DNA of 18,854 bases from Phycisphaeraceae bacterium (GCA_040905565.1 JBBDRF010000072.1:1-18854); one strand, 5' to 3'; positions 7,680 to 15,392 are shown, counted from the first letter of the stretch. The notes: a model not told the origin generated them from the sequence alone. Numbers and translations: made by a program.

Positions 7680-8426
7680 TCAGTCGGCGTAGTCCCAGAT
7701 CACCACTTCCAGCGTTTGCACGCCCCATTGCAGGGCCGCGTTGTGCGTGGGATACAGCACATCCAGACGATTGCCCTTGATCGCGCCACCGCGGTCGAGC
7801 ACCGGCACCGGCAGGCCCTCGTTGTAGCCGGGGATGGTCAGGATCGTGCCGAACGGCAGCGTCGTGGTGTCGGCTGCGACCATCTGGCCGCCGTTGGTGT
7901 GAACTGAGTACCCGCTCGCGGTGATGCCGTCGGCGAAGGGGGCACACGAAGCGGCGTCCGGACTGTAAGCCGTCACGAGCATCGTAATGGTCTGGACGGG
8001 CCGAATCGGCCTGCCGTCGAACGTCGGCAAGTCTTCACGATCAAAGCTCGCCCCCGCAAGCGGGATGGTCGGCTCGAAAGCGGCGGCCGACGAAGCGGGG
8101 GCCGCTGCAGGAACCGGCTCAGCGGCAGGGGCCAAGGCGGGGACGGGGGCGGGCTCAACCTCAGCTTCGCTCCCGGCTGGGGTGAACTCGGGCACGTCCT
8201 CGACCACGCTCGAAGGCGCCGGCGTGATCGCAGCTTCCACCTCATCCAGCACAATCAGCGGCTGAAGCGGCTTGCCCGCCTGGGCCGGGTCGGCCGCATC
8301 GTTCGGCAGCAGCCGCATCGCCCCGCCTGCCGCAATCAGCATCAACCCGCAGGCAGCGGTGAGCAGGATAGGCCTGAGCGCAGAGCGATCGCGCGGACTT
8401 TGATAACGATTTTTGTTTGCAAGCAT
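7680..8426 (-). CDS. 3D (Asp-Asp-Asp) domain protein, putative peptidoglycan lytic transglycosylase-like
   Basis: N-terminal TM/signal segment, Pro/Ala/Glu-rich linker, C-terminal VTAY, GITASG, VAAD, LPFGT and DRGGAIKGNRLDV motifs. Confidence 0.92.
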   Translation of the reverse strand: MLANKNRYQSPRDRSALRPILLTAACGLMLIAAGGAMRLLPNDAADPAQAGKPLQPLIVLDEVEAAITPAPSSVVEDVPEFTPAGSEAEVEPAPVPALAPAAEPVPAAAPASSAAAFEPTIPLAGASFDREDLPTFDGRPIRPVQTITMLVTAYSPDAASCAPFADGITASGYSVHTNGGQMVAADTTTLPFGTILTIPGYNEGLPVPVLDRGGAIKGNRLDVLYPTHNAALQWGVQTLEVVIWDYAD

Positions 8427-8521
8427 GGCGAGGCTTCATTCTCGTATGCCGTTGCGCTGCCGCGATCCTTGCAGTGCGAAACGGCCCAGTCGGGCCCGCC
8501 ATGGCCCGGTGTACTGAGCGA

Positions 8522-8549
8522 AGTATAAGCCGGTGAAAGCGGGATTCAA
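8522..8549 (-). promoter_or_regulatory. Putative sigma70-type promoter of the 3D-domain gene
   Basis: Minus-strand TTGAAT-N16-TATACT with an AT-rich tract upstream (8550-8560). Confidence 0.55.
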
Positions 8550-8730
8550 ATAAATTTTTGACACCCATCCCGCCACGACCCCGTTATCGGACACAAACGA
8601 ACTTCTGTATCGTCTGTGCGGGTTGCACCGCGGTTTTTGAGGGCGCAGCGGAACCCCAACCGAGCTTATCGGTGCACACCCGCCCGGCTATTTGCGGTGG
8701 GTGGTGATGGTGGTGGGCTGGTGGTGAGGG

Positions 8731-9450
8731 TCAGTCTTGCGGTGGTGGGGGGGGCCAGGGCTGGGTCGATTCGGGGTCGCCGCTGCTGACGCCGAGGCAT
8801 TGCTCGATGCGTCCGAGAGTGGTCGAGACGCCCTCCATGCGGGGATTGATCGCCAGAGCACTGCGGTAGCAGCAGGCCGCCTGGTCGAGGTCGCCCGTGT
8901 GGGCGAAGCAGTGCCCCAGGCCCGCGAACGCCCCGAAGTGCCAGGGCTGAAGCTTGATGGCGCGTCGGCAGGGGGCCGTGGCCTCAACCCATTGCTCGAG
9001 CATGTAGTGGGCCAGGCCGCACTGGTTGTAGGCCTCAGCGAACTGGGGATCGATCGCGCAAGCTTTGCGGAAATGATGCAGGGCTTTCTGGGGGTCTTCT
9101 TCAGCCATGGCCTGCATGCCGCGTGCGAAATCATGCTGGGCGTCGCAGGCACCACTGCGGAACCAGATCGACCACGCTGCGTTCTCCGCGAAGGCGTGGA
9201 CGTGCGGGTCCAGATCGCAAAGCCCCGTCGCCAGGGCAGGCATCGCCCTCTGATCACCGACAAGCCCAAGCACGTGGCACGCGAGCTTGCGGACCTCCGG
9301 ATTGCAGTTGTACACCAACTCGCTCAACTGCTGAGGCGTCCACCGCTCCATCGCCAGCGCCGCCACCGTGTCCGCGCATTGCGACCTTGCAGCGGTTCCG
9401 ATCACCTCCAGAAATTCGACACAGTTGGCCGGCTCAATCCGCATGCACAA
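8731..9450 (-). CDS. HEAT-repeat plus TPR-repeat protein
   Basis: PEVRKLACHVLGLVGDQRAMPALATGLCD (PBS-lyase HEAT-like), followed by TPR signatures DPQFAEAYNQCGLAHY and PWHFGAFAGLGHCF. Confidence 0.88.
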   Translation of the reverse strand: MCMRIEPANCVEFLEVIGTAARSQCADTVAALAMERWTPQQLSELVYNCNPEVRKLACHVLGLVGDQRAMPALATGLCDLDPHVHAFAENAAWSIWFRSGACDAQHDFARGMQAMAEEDPQKALHHFRKACAIDPQFAEAYNQCGLAHYMLEQWVEATAPCRRAIKLQPWHFGAFAGLGHCFAHTGDLDQAACCYRSALAINPRMEGVSTTLGRIEQCLGVSSGDPESTQPWPPPPPQD

Positions 9451-9615
9451 AATCTCTCTTAATGATGCCGACGCGAAAGTTGAACAAGCTCAAACCTGCG
9501 GAGGCGGCTAAATCATCGCAGCACCATAGGCGAAGCTGAAGTTCCTTTCCACGTATGCCCTGACATGCCCGGTGCAAAGAGCCGGGTTGTCCAGATTGTC
9601 CGCACAGGCCGGACT

Positions 9616-9788
9616 ACGAGCCGCGACCGTAAGAGAGTGGTTGTGGCCCGACGACTTGTAAGGTGTGGGGAGAAGTGCAACGGCGGCGTTACCGGGAAGG
9701 TTCGTCCGCAGTGCTGGTGAAGCTGCGACGCGTCGTAACCATGCGTTGCGCCCGGACGCACAACCGCTTACTGACGTGCGCGGCTCGT
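9616..9788. repeat. REPIN-like element, family B (two inverted REP-like units)
   Basis: 9616-9645 ACGAGCCGCGACCGTAAGAGAGTGGTTGTG versus the reverse complement of 9759-9788 ACGAGCCGCGCACGTCAGTAAGCGGTTGTG, 24 of 30 identical. Confidence 0.8.
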
Positions 9789-9849
9789 TGCCAGCGGCTT
9801 ACCTCGTCGATTCGCGCTGCCCCCGATCTCGCCCACACAACGTGATCGC

Positions 9850-9877
9850 TTGACCGGCATTTTTCGCCAGCTATACT
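9850..9877 (+). promoter_or_regulatory. Putative sigma70-type promoter of the leu leader/leuA transcript
   Basis: TTGACC-N16-TATACT, ending 8 nt before the leader-peptide ATG. Confidence 0.75.
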
Positions 9878-9885
9878 TGCGTGTT

Positions 9886-9945
9886 ATGTACGAACGCACC
9901 CACACCGCTGTAGCCGTCCTAGTCCTAAGCCGACTATCCGGATAG
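9886..9945 (+). CDS. Leucine attenuator leader peptide MYERTHTAVAVLVLSRLSG (leuL-like)
   Basis: 19-codon ORF with CTA Leu codons at 9919, 9925 and 9934, among Val codons; its stop lies in the antiterminator segment; directly upstream of leuA. Confidence 0.85.
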   Translation: MYERTHTAVAVLVLSRLSG

Positions 9946-9980
9946 GGTGCGCTGCCTGCGCTTGTGAAGATGATTGCCTC

Positions 9981-10011
9981 ACCCTGTCCACCCAGCCGGA
10001 CAGGGTTTTTT
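9981..10011 (+). terminator. Intrinsic terminator of the leu attenuator
   Basis: 9-bp stem ACCCTGTCC/GGACAGGGT, 8-nt loop, T-run at 10006-10011; located between the leader ORF and the leuA start. Confidence 0.9.
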
Positions 10012-10093
10012 GTTATCCTCAATTGCCGATTCATTGTCCCCCGCAGCCATAGAAAACGCGCCGCTGCTCCCCGGGGCTTCACGGAGACTCGCC

Positions 10094-11659
10094 ATGGACA
10101 CGATCAAGATATTCGACACGACCCTCCGCGATGGCGAACAGTCGCCGGGCGCTTCGCTGAACCGGGCGGAGAAGCTGGAGATCGCCCGCCAGCTCGAGTC
10201 GCTTGGCGTGGACATCATCGAAGCCGGCTTCCCCATTACGTCCGTCGACGACTTCGAAGCCGTGCGCCAGATCGGCAGCGAACTGCAACGCGCCAAAGTC
10301 TGTGGCCTCTCGCGCTGCGTCAAAGCCGACGTCGACCGCGCCGGCGAGGCGCTGAAAGATGCTGCCAACGGCCGAATCCACGTCTTCTGCGCCACCAGCA
10401 AGATCCACCTCGAGCACAAGCTCAAAAAGGCGTGGGATCAGATTATCGACATCAGCGTCGAGCACGTCGCCCGCGCCCGGCAGTACGTCGACGATGTCGA
10501 GTTCAGCCCGGAAGATGGCTCACGCACCGAACTGAACCACCTCGTTGAAATCTGCGGGGCTGTCATCGACGCCGGCGCGACCACCATCAACATCCCCGAC
10601 ACCGTCGGCTACGCCACGCCCGAAGAGTATGGCTACATCTTCAAGCACGTCCGCGAGCAGCTGCCGATCATCGACGAGAAGAACATCATCCTCTCCTCGC
10701 ACTGCCACAACGACCTCGGCCTGGCCGTCGCCAACTCCCTCGCCGCCGTGATGAACGGTGCCCGGCAGATCGAGTGCACCATCAACGGCATCGGCGAGCG
10801 GGCCGGCAACGCCGCGCTTGAAGAGATCATCATGGCGCTGCGCACCCGGGCTGACTTCTATGATCTGCAGACGAACATCAACAGCAAACGCATCTTCCCC
10901 ACCAGTCGTATGGTCAGCCTGCTCACCGGCCTCAGCGTGCAGCGGAATAAAGCCGTCGTCGGTGAAAACGCTTTCGCGCATGAAGCGGGCATCCATCAGG
11001 ACGGGATGCTGAAGAATCGCTCGACGTATGAAATCATGGACCCACGCGACGTGGGCATCCCCGAAAGCAAGCTGGTGCTCGGCAAGCACTCCGGCCGCCA
11101 CGCCTTCCGCCAGCGCATCGCCGAGCGCGGCTACCAACTCGACGAAACCACCGTCGACCGCGCCTTCGTCGCATTCAAGGTGCTCGCAGACCGCAAGAAG
11201 CACGTCTACGATGAAGACCTCGAAGCCCTGCTCGAAGAGGAACTCGAAGCCACCTCACGCGTCGATCTCTGGAAGCTGACCAATCTGCAGGTCACCGCAG
11301 GCACCGTCGCCACGGCCACGGCCACGGTCACCATCGTCGATTCCTCCGGCGAAAGCCGCACCGATGCCGCCATCGGCGACGGGCCGATCGACGCGATCTA
11401 CTCAGCGATTCAGCGCATCACGAACGTGACCGCCGAGCTGACCGATTACCAGATTCGTGCCGTCACCGGCGGCAAGGACGCACAGGGCGAAGTGCACGTG
11501 GAGATCCTGCATCACGACCACCGCGTGCGAGGCCGAGGCGTGTCGACGGACATCATCGAAGCGTCAGGCAAAGCCTACCTCTCCGCCATCAACCGCCTGC
11601 GCACCCGCTTCGCCGCCGACGAACGCAAAGCCGAGGCCGACACCATCGCGCAACCCTGA
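10094..11659 (+). CDS. leuA: 2-isopropylmalate synthase, 521 aa
   Basis: [66 protein letters not shown] and the C-terminal regulatory domain (GDGPIDA). GGAG RBS at 10083-10086. Confidence 0.97.
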   Translation: MDTIKIFDTTLRDGEQSPGASLNRAEKLEIARQLESLGVDIIEAGFPITSVDDFEAVRQIGSELQRAKVCGLSRCVKADVDRAGEALKDAANGRIHVFCATSKIHLEHKLKKAWDQIIDISVEHVARARQYVDDVEFSPEDGSRTELNHLVEICGAVIDAGATTINIPDTVGYATPEEYGYIFKHVREQLPIIDEKNIILSSHCHNDLGLAVANSLAAVMNGARQIECTINGIGERAGNAALEEIIMALRTRADFYDLQTNINSKRIFPTSRMVSLLTGLSVQRNKAVVGENAFAHEAGIHQDGMLKNRSTYEIMDPRDVGIPESKLVLGKHSGRHAFRQRIAERGYQLDETTVDRAFVAFKVLADRKKHVYDEDLEALLEEELEATSRVDLWKLTNLQVTAGTVATATATVTIVDSSGESRTDAAIGDGPIDAIYSAIQRITNVTAELTDYQIRAVTGGKDAQGEVHVEILHHDHRVRGRGVSTDIIEASGKAYLSAINRLRTRFAADERKAEADTIAQP

Positions 11660-11716
11660 CGCGCCAACATGCCGCCCACGCCGGCGCGTCACAACAGCCG
11701 CGGGTCTACGACCCGC
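11658..11716. terminator. Paired hairpins between convergent genes (possible terminator or REP-like)
   Basis: GACGCGCC/GGCGCGTC (11658-11690) and GCGGGTC-TAC-GACCCGC (11700-11716); no U-tract. Confidence 0.4.
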
Positions 11717-11747
11717 CGGTCCGCCGCTCACGTCCTAAGAATACGAG

Positions 11748-12467
11748 TCACCGCCCCAGATACTCTTCCTGAAACGGCACGTTCGTCCCACGGAAGAAGC
11801 GAACCTTCACGTACAGCGTGTAGTCGTGATCCTTATGCACATCGACCAGCCCGCCCGCGGTCGGTGCGTCGGCGTTATGCGTGAAGGACAGCAGGTTGAT
11901 CTCTTCGTCATAGTTGATCGCCCGCTCCTCGAGCACGTCCCGCCGAATCGGCGTGGGCATGTCGATCTCCGCGTCCGCCGCCCGCACCACCGCTGCCCCC
12001 ACGCGCACGAACAACGCCTCTTCCTCCGTCGTCGGCAGCCGAACCAGCATGCTCCCCGTGTCCGCCGTGAGCGTCTGGTTCAGCAGCAGCCACACATCCG
12101 GCTGCGGCGCGTCCTGCGTCCACTGCTCCAGCCAAACCTGAGCCGTGTACTGCTCATCCTCAGGCAGCTGATAATCAAACTTCCACGCACGCACGTTCAG
12201 CAGATCCGCCAGATCCTGACCGTCCATCTCCACCCGCACGATCCGCGGCTCCACCGGCTCCGGCTCATCCTCCGCCAGCGTCACCTCAACCTCCGCAGGC
12301 TCAGGCTCGGCCTCATCATCGGGTACCGGCTCCGGCGCCACCGGCTCACTCGGCCCCGCCGGCTCCGCGCGTTCCTGCGAGGCCTGCACGATCGACAACG
12401 CCACGATCGCGAACGTCGCCACCAGCACAAGCATCATCACGATACTGAGAAAATGATTTCGGCCCAT
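11748..12467 (-). CDS. Hypothetical N-terminally anchored exported protein, 239 aa
   Basis: Hydrophobic N-terminal helix, Glu/Pro-rich linker and a globular-looking C-terminal region; no family recognised. Confidence 0.8.
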   Translation of the reverse strand: MGRNHFLSIVMMLVLVATFAIVALSIVQASQERAEPAGPSEPVAPEPVPDDEAEPEPAEVEVTLAEDEPEPVEPRIVRVEMDGQDLADLLNVRAWKFDYQLPEDEQYTAQVWLEQWTQDAPQPDVWLLLNQTLTADTGSMLVRLPTTEEEALFVRVGAAVVRAADAEIDMPTPIRRDVLEERAINYDEEINLLSFTHNADAPTAGGLVDVHKDHDYTLYVKVRFFRGTNVPFQEEYLGR

Positions 12468-12527
12468 CGTTGTGCTCCCTTGCTACCCCGGATACTCCCA
12501 CCGTACTGCCTCCCACACGCGTCGGCA

Positions 12528-12587
12528 ATTGTTGATTGCTCAATGCTGATTCCGAAAAATCACACCTCACAGATCACACAATCAAAC
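12528..12587. repeat. Degenerate heptamer tandem repeats
   Basis: ATTGTTG-ATTGCTC-AATGCTG (12528-12548) and ATCACAC-CTCACAG-ATCACAC-a-ATCAAAC (12559-12587). Confidence 0.45.
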
Positions 12588-13598
12588 ATTTCCCCCTCCC
12601 CCCACGCCCGCGTCCCGCAGTGCCGCCAGCACCTGGCTGTGCAGCGAGCTGTTCGTCACCAGCACGCCGCGATTGTTCACCAGTTCCGAGCCGTGCGTGA
12701 ACTCGAGCACTTTGCCGTTGATGTCCGTCGCGGTGCCGCCCGCTTCCTGCACCACCAGCACGCCCGCTGCGTGATCCCATATCTTCTCGCGGTAGTCCGC
12801 CCGTGTCGGCAGCCGCATGTAGATGTCCGCTTCGCCGCGCGCCACCACCGCATACTTCGCCTGCGAATCGAGTCGGCGTGACGGCTGCGTGATGCCCAAC
12901 AACTCCGCCACGCGTGCCGAGTCGCTGTGCGAGCTGTGCCCCGATTCGACCGATTCGCAGAACCGTGCCGCCGTCGCATCGTCGGTTCGCGTTACCTTGA
13001 TCGGCCGCCCCGGCGTGCCGGCCTCCGCCGACATCGCATGCACCTGCGCCCCGTACCCGCGCACTGCCGTGAAGATCGCCCCCACCTCGCTCGCCTCATC
13101 TTCCGGATCCACCGGCAGATTCGGACACGCCAGCGCCGCCACCGTCGGCAGCCCGTTAATCACCAACGCCAGCGCCACCGCATACTGATCCGCCCGCAGA
13201 AAACCCTTCGTGCCGTCGATCGGATCAAGCGTCCAGTACCGCGGGCAGTGCTGCTTGGCCGACCCCCGATCAATCCACTCACACACCGTCGCTGCCGAGG
13301 GCGAACTTCCGCACGCCGAGCACACATGCTCCACCACGCGCTCCAGAATGGGCGCATTCGCCTGCGTCTGAAGCTCCGCCGAATCCTCCTCAGCGATCAC
13401 CGGGTCGCTCGCAAAATGCTCGCTCAGCGTCTGGCACACCAATGCCTGCGATCCGAAATCCGCGATCGTCACCGGCGACCGGTCCTTCTTCTCCAGCGTC
13501 TCCGGATCAAGCTCGCGGCGCACCGCCTGGCACAGCCGCCCCGCACGACGCACCGCTTCAAGCGCAACATTCAACTCAGCTTCATAGGCGTGGGACAT
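12582..13598 (-). CDS. 3'(2'),5'-bisphosphate nucleotidase, HAL2/SAL1-like (inositol monophosphatase superfamily)
   Basis: KKDRSPVTIADFGSQA, AEEDS, WTLDPIDGTKGFLR, ESVESGHSSH, LDSQAKY and EKIWDHAAG, which fit the HAL2 subfamily better than CysQ or SuhB. Confidence 0.92.
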   Translation of the reverse strand: MSHAYEAELNVALEAVRRAGRLCQAVRRELDPETLEKKDRSPVTIADFGSQALVCQTLSEHFASDPVIAEEDSAELQTQANAPILERVVEHVCSACGSSPSAATVCEWIDRGSAKQHCPRYWTLDPIDGTKGFLRADQYAVALALVINGLPTVAALACPNLPVDPEDEASEVGAIFTAVRGYGAQVHAMSAEAGTPGRPIKVTRTDDATAARFCESVESGHSSHSDSARVAELLGITQPSRRLDSQAKYAVVARGEADIYMRLPTRADYREKIWDHAAGVLVVQEAGGTATDINGKVLEFTHGSELVNNRGVLVTNSSLHSQVLAALRDAGVGGGGNV

Positions 13599-13682
13599 GG
13601 CGAAGGCTTTCCTTATAACAGGCGAAAATCGGTCCGGACCTTCGAGGATACCGCCATTTCCCGCCGCTTGCGAAACCGCGCA

Positions 13683-13711
13683 TCAAGCCCAACCCCTCCA
13701 CCGGCCGATAA
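13683..13711 (+). promoter_or_regulatory. Putative sigma28/WhiG-like promoter
   Basis: TCAAG-N16-GCCGATAA (perfect sigma28 -10 box) just before RBS GAGGAG and ATG 13735. Confidence 0.65.
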
Positions 13712-13734
13712 CCTCACAAGAGGAGACCCCGCTC

Positions 13735-14367
13735 ATGGCACAATCGCGCATCGTAGTCCTCAACGGCGGCGGCCTGCGCAGCCTCGTCGCCCTCGCTACC
13801 GTCGCCAATCGGCAACGCGTCGCCACCGTCTTCGTCCACGACGGTCGCCTCGCCAACGACTACTTCCACCAGGCCGCCGCCGATCAGGCCAAGCACTTCA
13901 AGGTCGATCGCATGGTCGAACTCGCCATGCCTCACCTGCGCCCGCCCGCCACGGCAAAAACCCTCGAAAAGCCCCAGAACTACGCCCCCCTCGCCTCGGC
14001 ACAGATGATCGTCGCCGTCGCAGGCGTCGCCGCTCAAACCAGCGCCGAACAGCTGATCTGGCCCGTCCAGCCCAGCGCCGATCACGACCCCATGGCCGCC
14101 GTCTCCGAATCGCTCATGATCATCGAAGACCTCGTCCACACCACCCTCAACAGCACCACTTTGAAGATCGAAACCCCGCTTCTGGAAATGACCGACCGCC
14201 AGCTCATCGAGATCGGCCACCAGATGGATGTCCCCTGGCAACTGGCGCGCACCTGCATCGCCGACCGTCGCGACCCCTGCCACAGCTGCTGGGGCTGCTA
14301 CCACCGCCGCAAAGCCTTCGAAGACGCCGGCATCGAAGACCCCCAACCCTCACCGCTACCGCGCTGA
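13735..14367 (+). CDS. QueC-like (7-cyano-7-deazaguanine synthase fold) protein with degenerate PP-loop, 210 aa
   Basis: N-terminal IVVLNGGGLRSLVA in place of SGGxDS; IETPLLEM; C-terminal C-x7-C-x2-C-x2-C followed by RRKAFEDAGIEDP, as in QueC. RBS GAGGAG at 13720-13725. Confidence 0.8.
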   Translation: MAQSRIVVLNGGGLRSLVALATVANRQRVATVFVHDGRLANDYFHQAAADQAKHFKVDRMVELAMPHLRPPATAKTLEKPQNYAPLASAQMIVAVAGVAAQTSAEQLIWPVQPSADHDPMAAVSESLMIIEDLVHTTLNSTTLKIETPLLEMTDRQLIEIGHQMDVPWQLARTCIADRRDPCHSCWGCYHRRKAFEDAGIEDPQPSPLPR

Positions 14368-14380
14368 TCGAACAATTCCG

Positions 14381-14422
14381 CCAAATAACCAATGCCCATT
14401 GCCTAATGCCTATTGACCAATC
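14381..14422. repeat. Degenerate heptamer tandem repeat (6 units)
   Basis: CCAAATA-ACCAATG-CCCATTG-CCTAATG-CCTATTG-ACCAATC. Confidence 0.65.
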
Positions 14423-14521
14423 CTCCTCCCAAATGACAGCCACGCCCACCCCCGGTATCGTGTCTCCTAACAGGCCGTGCCCCCAACTTCTCACGCACGC
14501 AGCCGGGAAGGGTCCCCCGCC

Positions 14522-15214
14522 ATGACAGACGCCACCGACATCGCCTCCCGCATCGACCACACCATCCTCGCCGCCGAGGCCAGTGCCGCTCAGGTCGATC
14601 AGGTCATCGACGAAGCCCTGCAGCACCGCTTCGCTGCCGTCTGCGTCAACCCCATTTTCATCAGCCATGTCCGCGCCCGTTTACGTGAAAGCGACGTGCA
14701 GCCGTGCACCGTCATCGGCTTCCCGCTCGGCGCGAACACCGCCGCCATGAAAGCCGGCGAAGCCGCCATGGCCGTGCGTAGCGGCGCTGCCGAGGTCGAT
14801 GTGGTCTGTCATCTGCCGCACCTGCTCGCGGAGGATCTGCTCGCCGCCCGGGGTGAACTGATGGAGGTCGTTTACGCCGTGCGCGAGATTCGCCGCAACG
14901 TCGTCGTCAAAGCGATCATCGAAAGCGCGCTGCTGCTTCGCGACGTCTCCGCCGACCAGGGCGAAGCGCGCATCAAGACTGCCTGCCAGGCCGTGCGCGA
15001 AGCCGGCTGCGACTTCATCAAGACCTCCACCGGCTTCCACCCCGCAGGCGGCGCCAGCGTCGAAGCCGTCCGCCTCATGGCCCAGCACGGCGAAAACCTC
15101 AAGGTCAAAGCCTCAGGCGGCGTCCGCACCCGCGCCGACGCTGAGCAAATGCTCCACGCCGGCGCCGACCGCCTCGGCTGCTCCGCAAGCGTCAGCATCG
15201 TCGCGGATGTGTGA
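14522..15214 (+). CDS. deoC: Deoxyribose-phosphate aldolase
   Basis: IDHTIL, FAAVCVNP, TVIGFPLG, GAAEVDVV, VKAIIES, DFIKTSTGF, VKASGGVRT, GADRLGCS. Confidence 0.96.
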   Translation: MTDATDIASRIDHTILAAEASAAQVDQVIDEALQHRFAAVCVNPIFISHVRARLRESDVQPCTVIGFPLGANTAAMKAGEAAMAVRSGAAEVDVVCHLPHLLAEDLLAARGELMEVVYAVREIRRNVVVKAIIESALLLRDVSADQGEARIKTACQAVREAGCDFIKTSTGFHPAGGASVEAVRLMAQHGENLKVKASGGVRTRADAEQMLHAGADRLGCSASVSIVADV

Positions 15215-15319
15215 CGTGGTAATTCCACGCGACGTGTGATGTTGGATCGTGCGATGTGATAGAGCCAGGCTGTCCCCAGCCCGGTTACGCCCCACGCCAC
15301 AACGAGATAAAATCAAAAA

Positions 15320-15348
15320 TTCACCCACTGCATACAATTTGCTAGAAT
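15320..15348 (+). promoter_or_regulatory. Putative sigma70-type promoter with extended -10
   Basis: TTCACC-N17-TAGAAT with TG at 15340-15341 and an A-rich upstream tract. Confidence 0.45.
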
Positions 15349-15392
15349 TGTCGACCGCTCAGCCGGCCACCAATCCCCGGAGCATTGTTGCT

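Noticed and set aside
7501..7680. tRNA as the attachment site of an integrated island
   Set aside because: I found no integrase and no duplicated tRNA 3' end in the window.
8427..8520. c-di-AMP (ydaO) riboswitch before the 3D-domain gene
   Set aside because: The leader is short, and I could not find the conserved ydaO motifs, only a generic GC hairpin.
9974..10093. 40-aa N-terminal extension of LeuA in the ORF track
   Set aside because: It spans the attenuator terminator; family homology and the RBS point to ATG 10094.
13735..14367. QueC-like gene as part of a Qat, CBASS or Dpd defence system
   Set aside because: None of the partner genes (TatD, ATPase, cyclase, TGT-like) is adjacent; the neighbours are housekeeping genes.
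11826..14525. His/Arg-rich plus-strand ORFs 11826-12881 and 12927-14525
   Set aside because: They overlap well-supported genes in other frames or on the other strand; the composition reflects C-rich skew, not a protein family.
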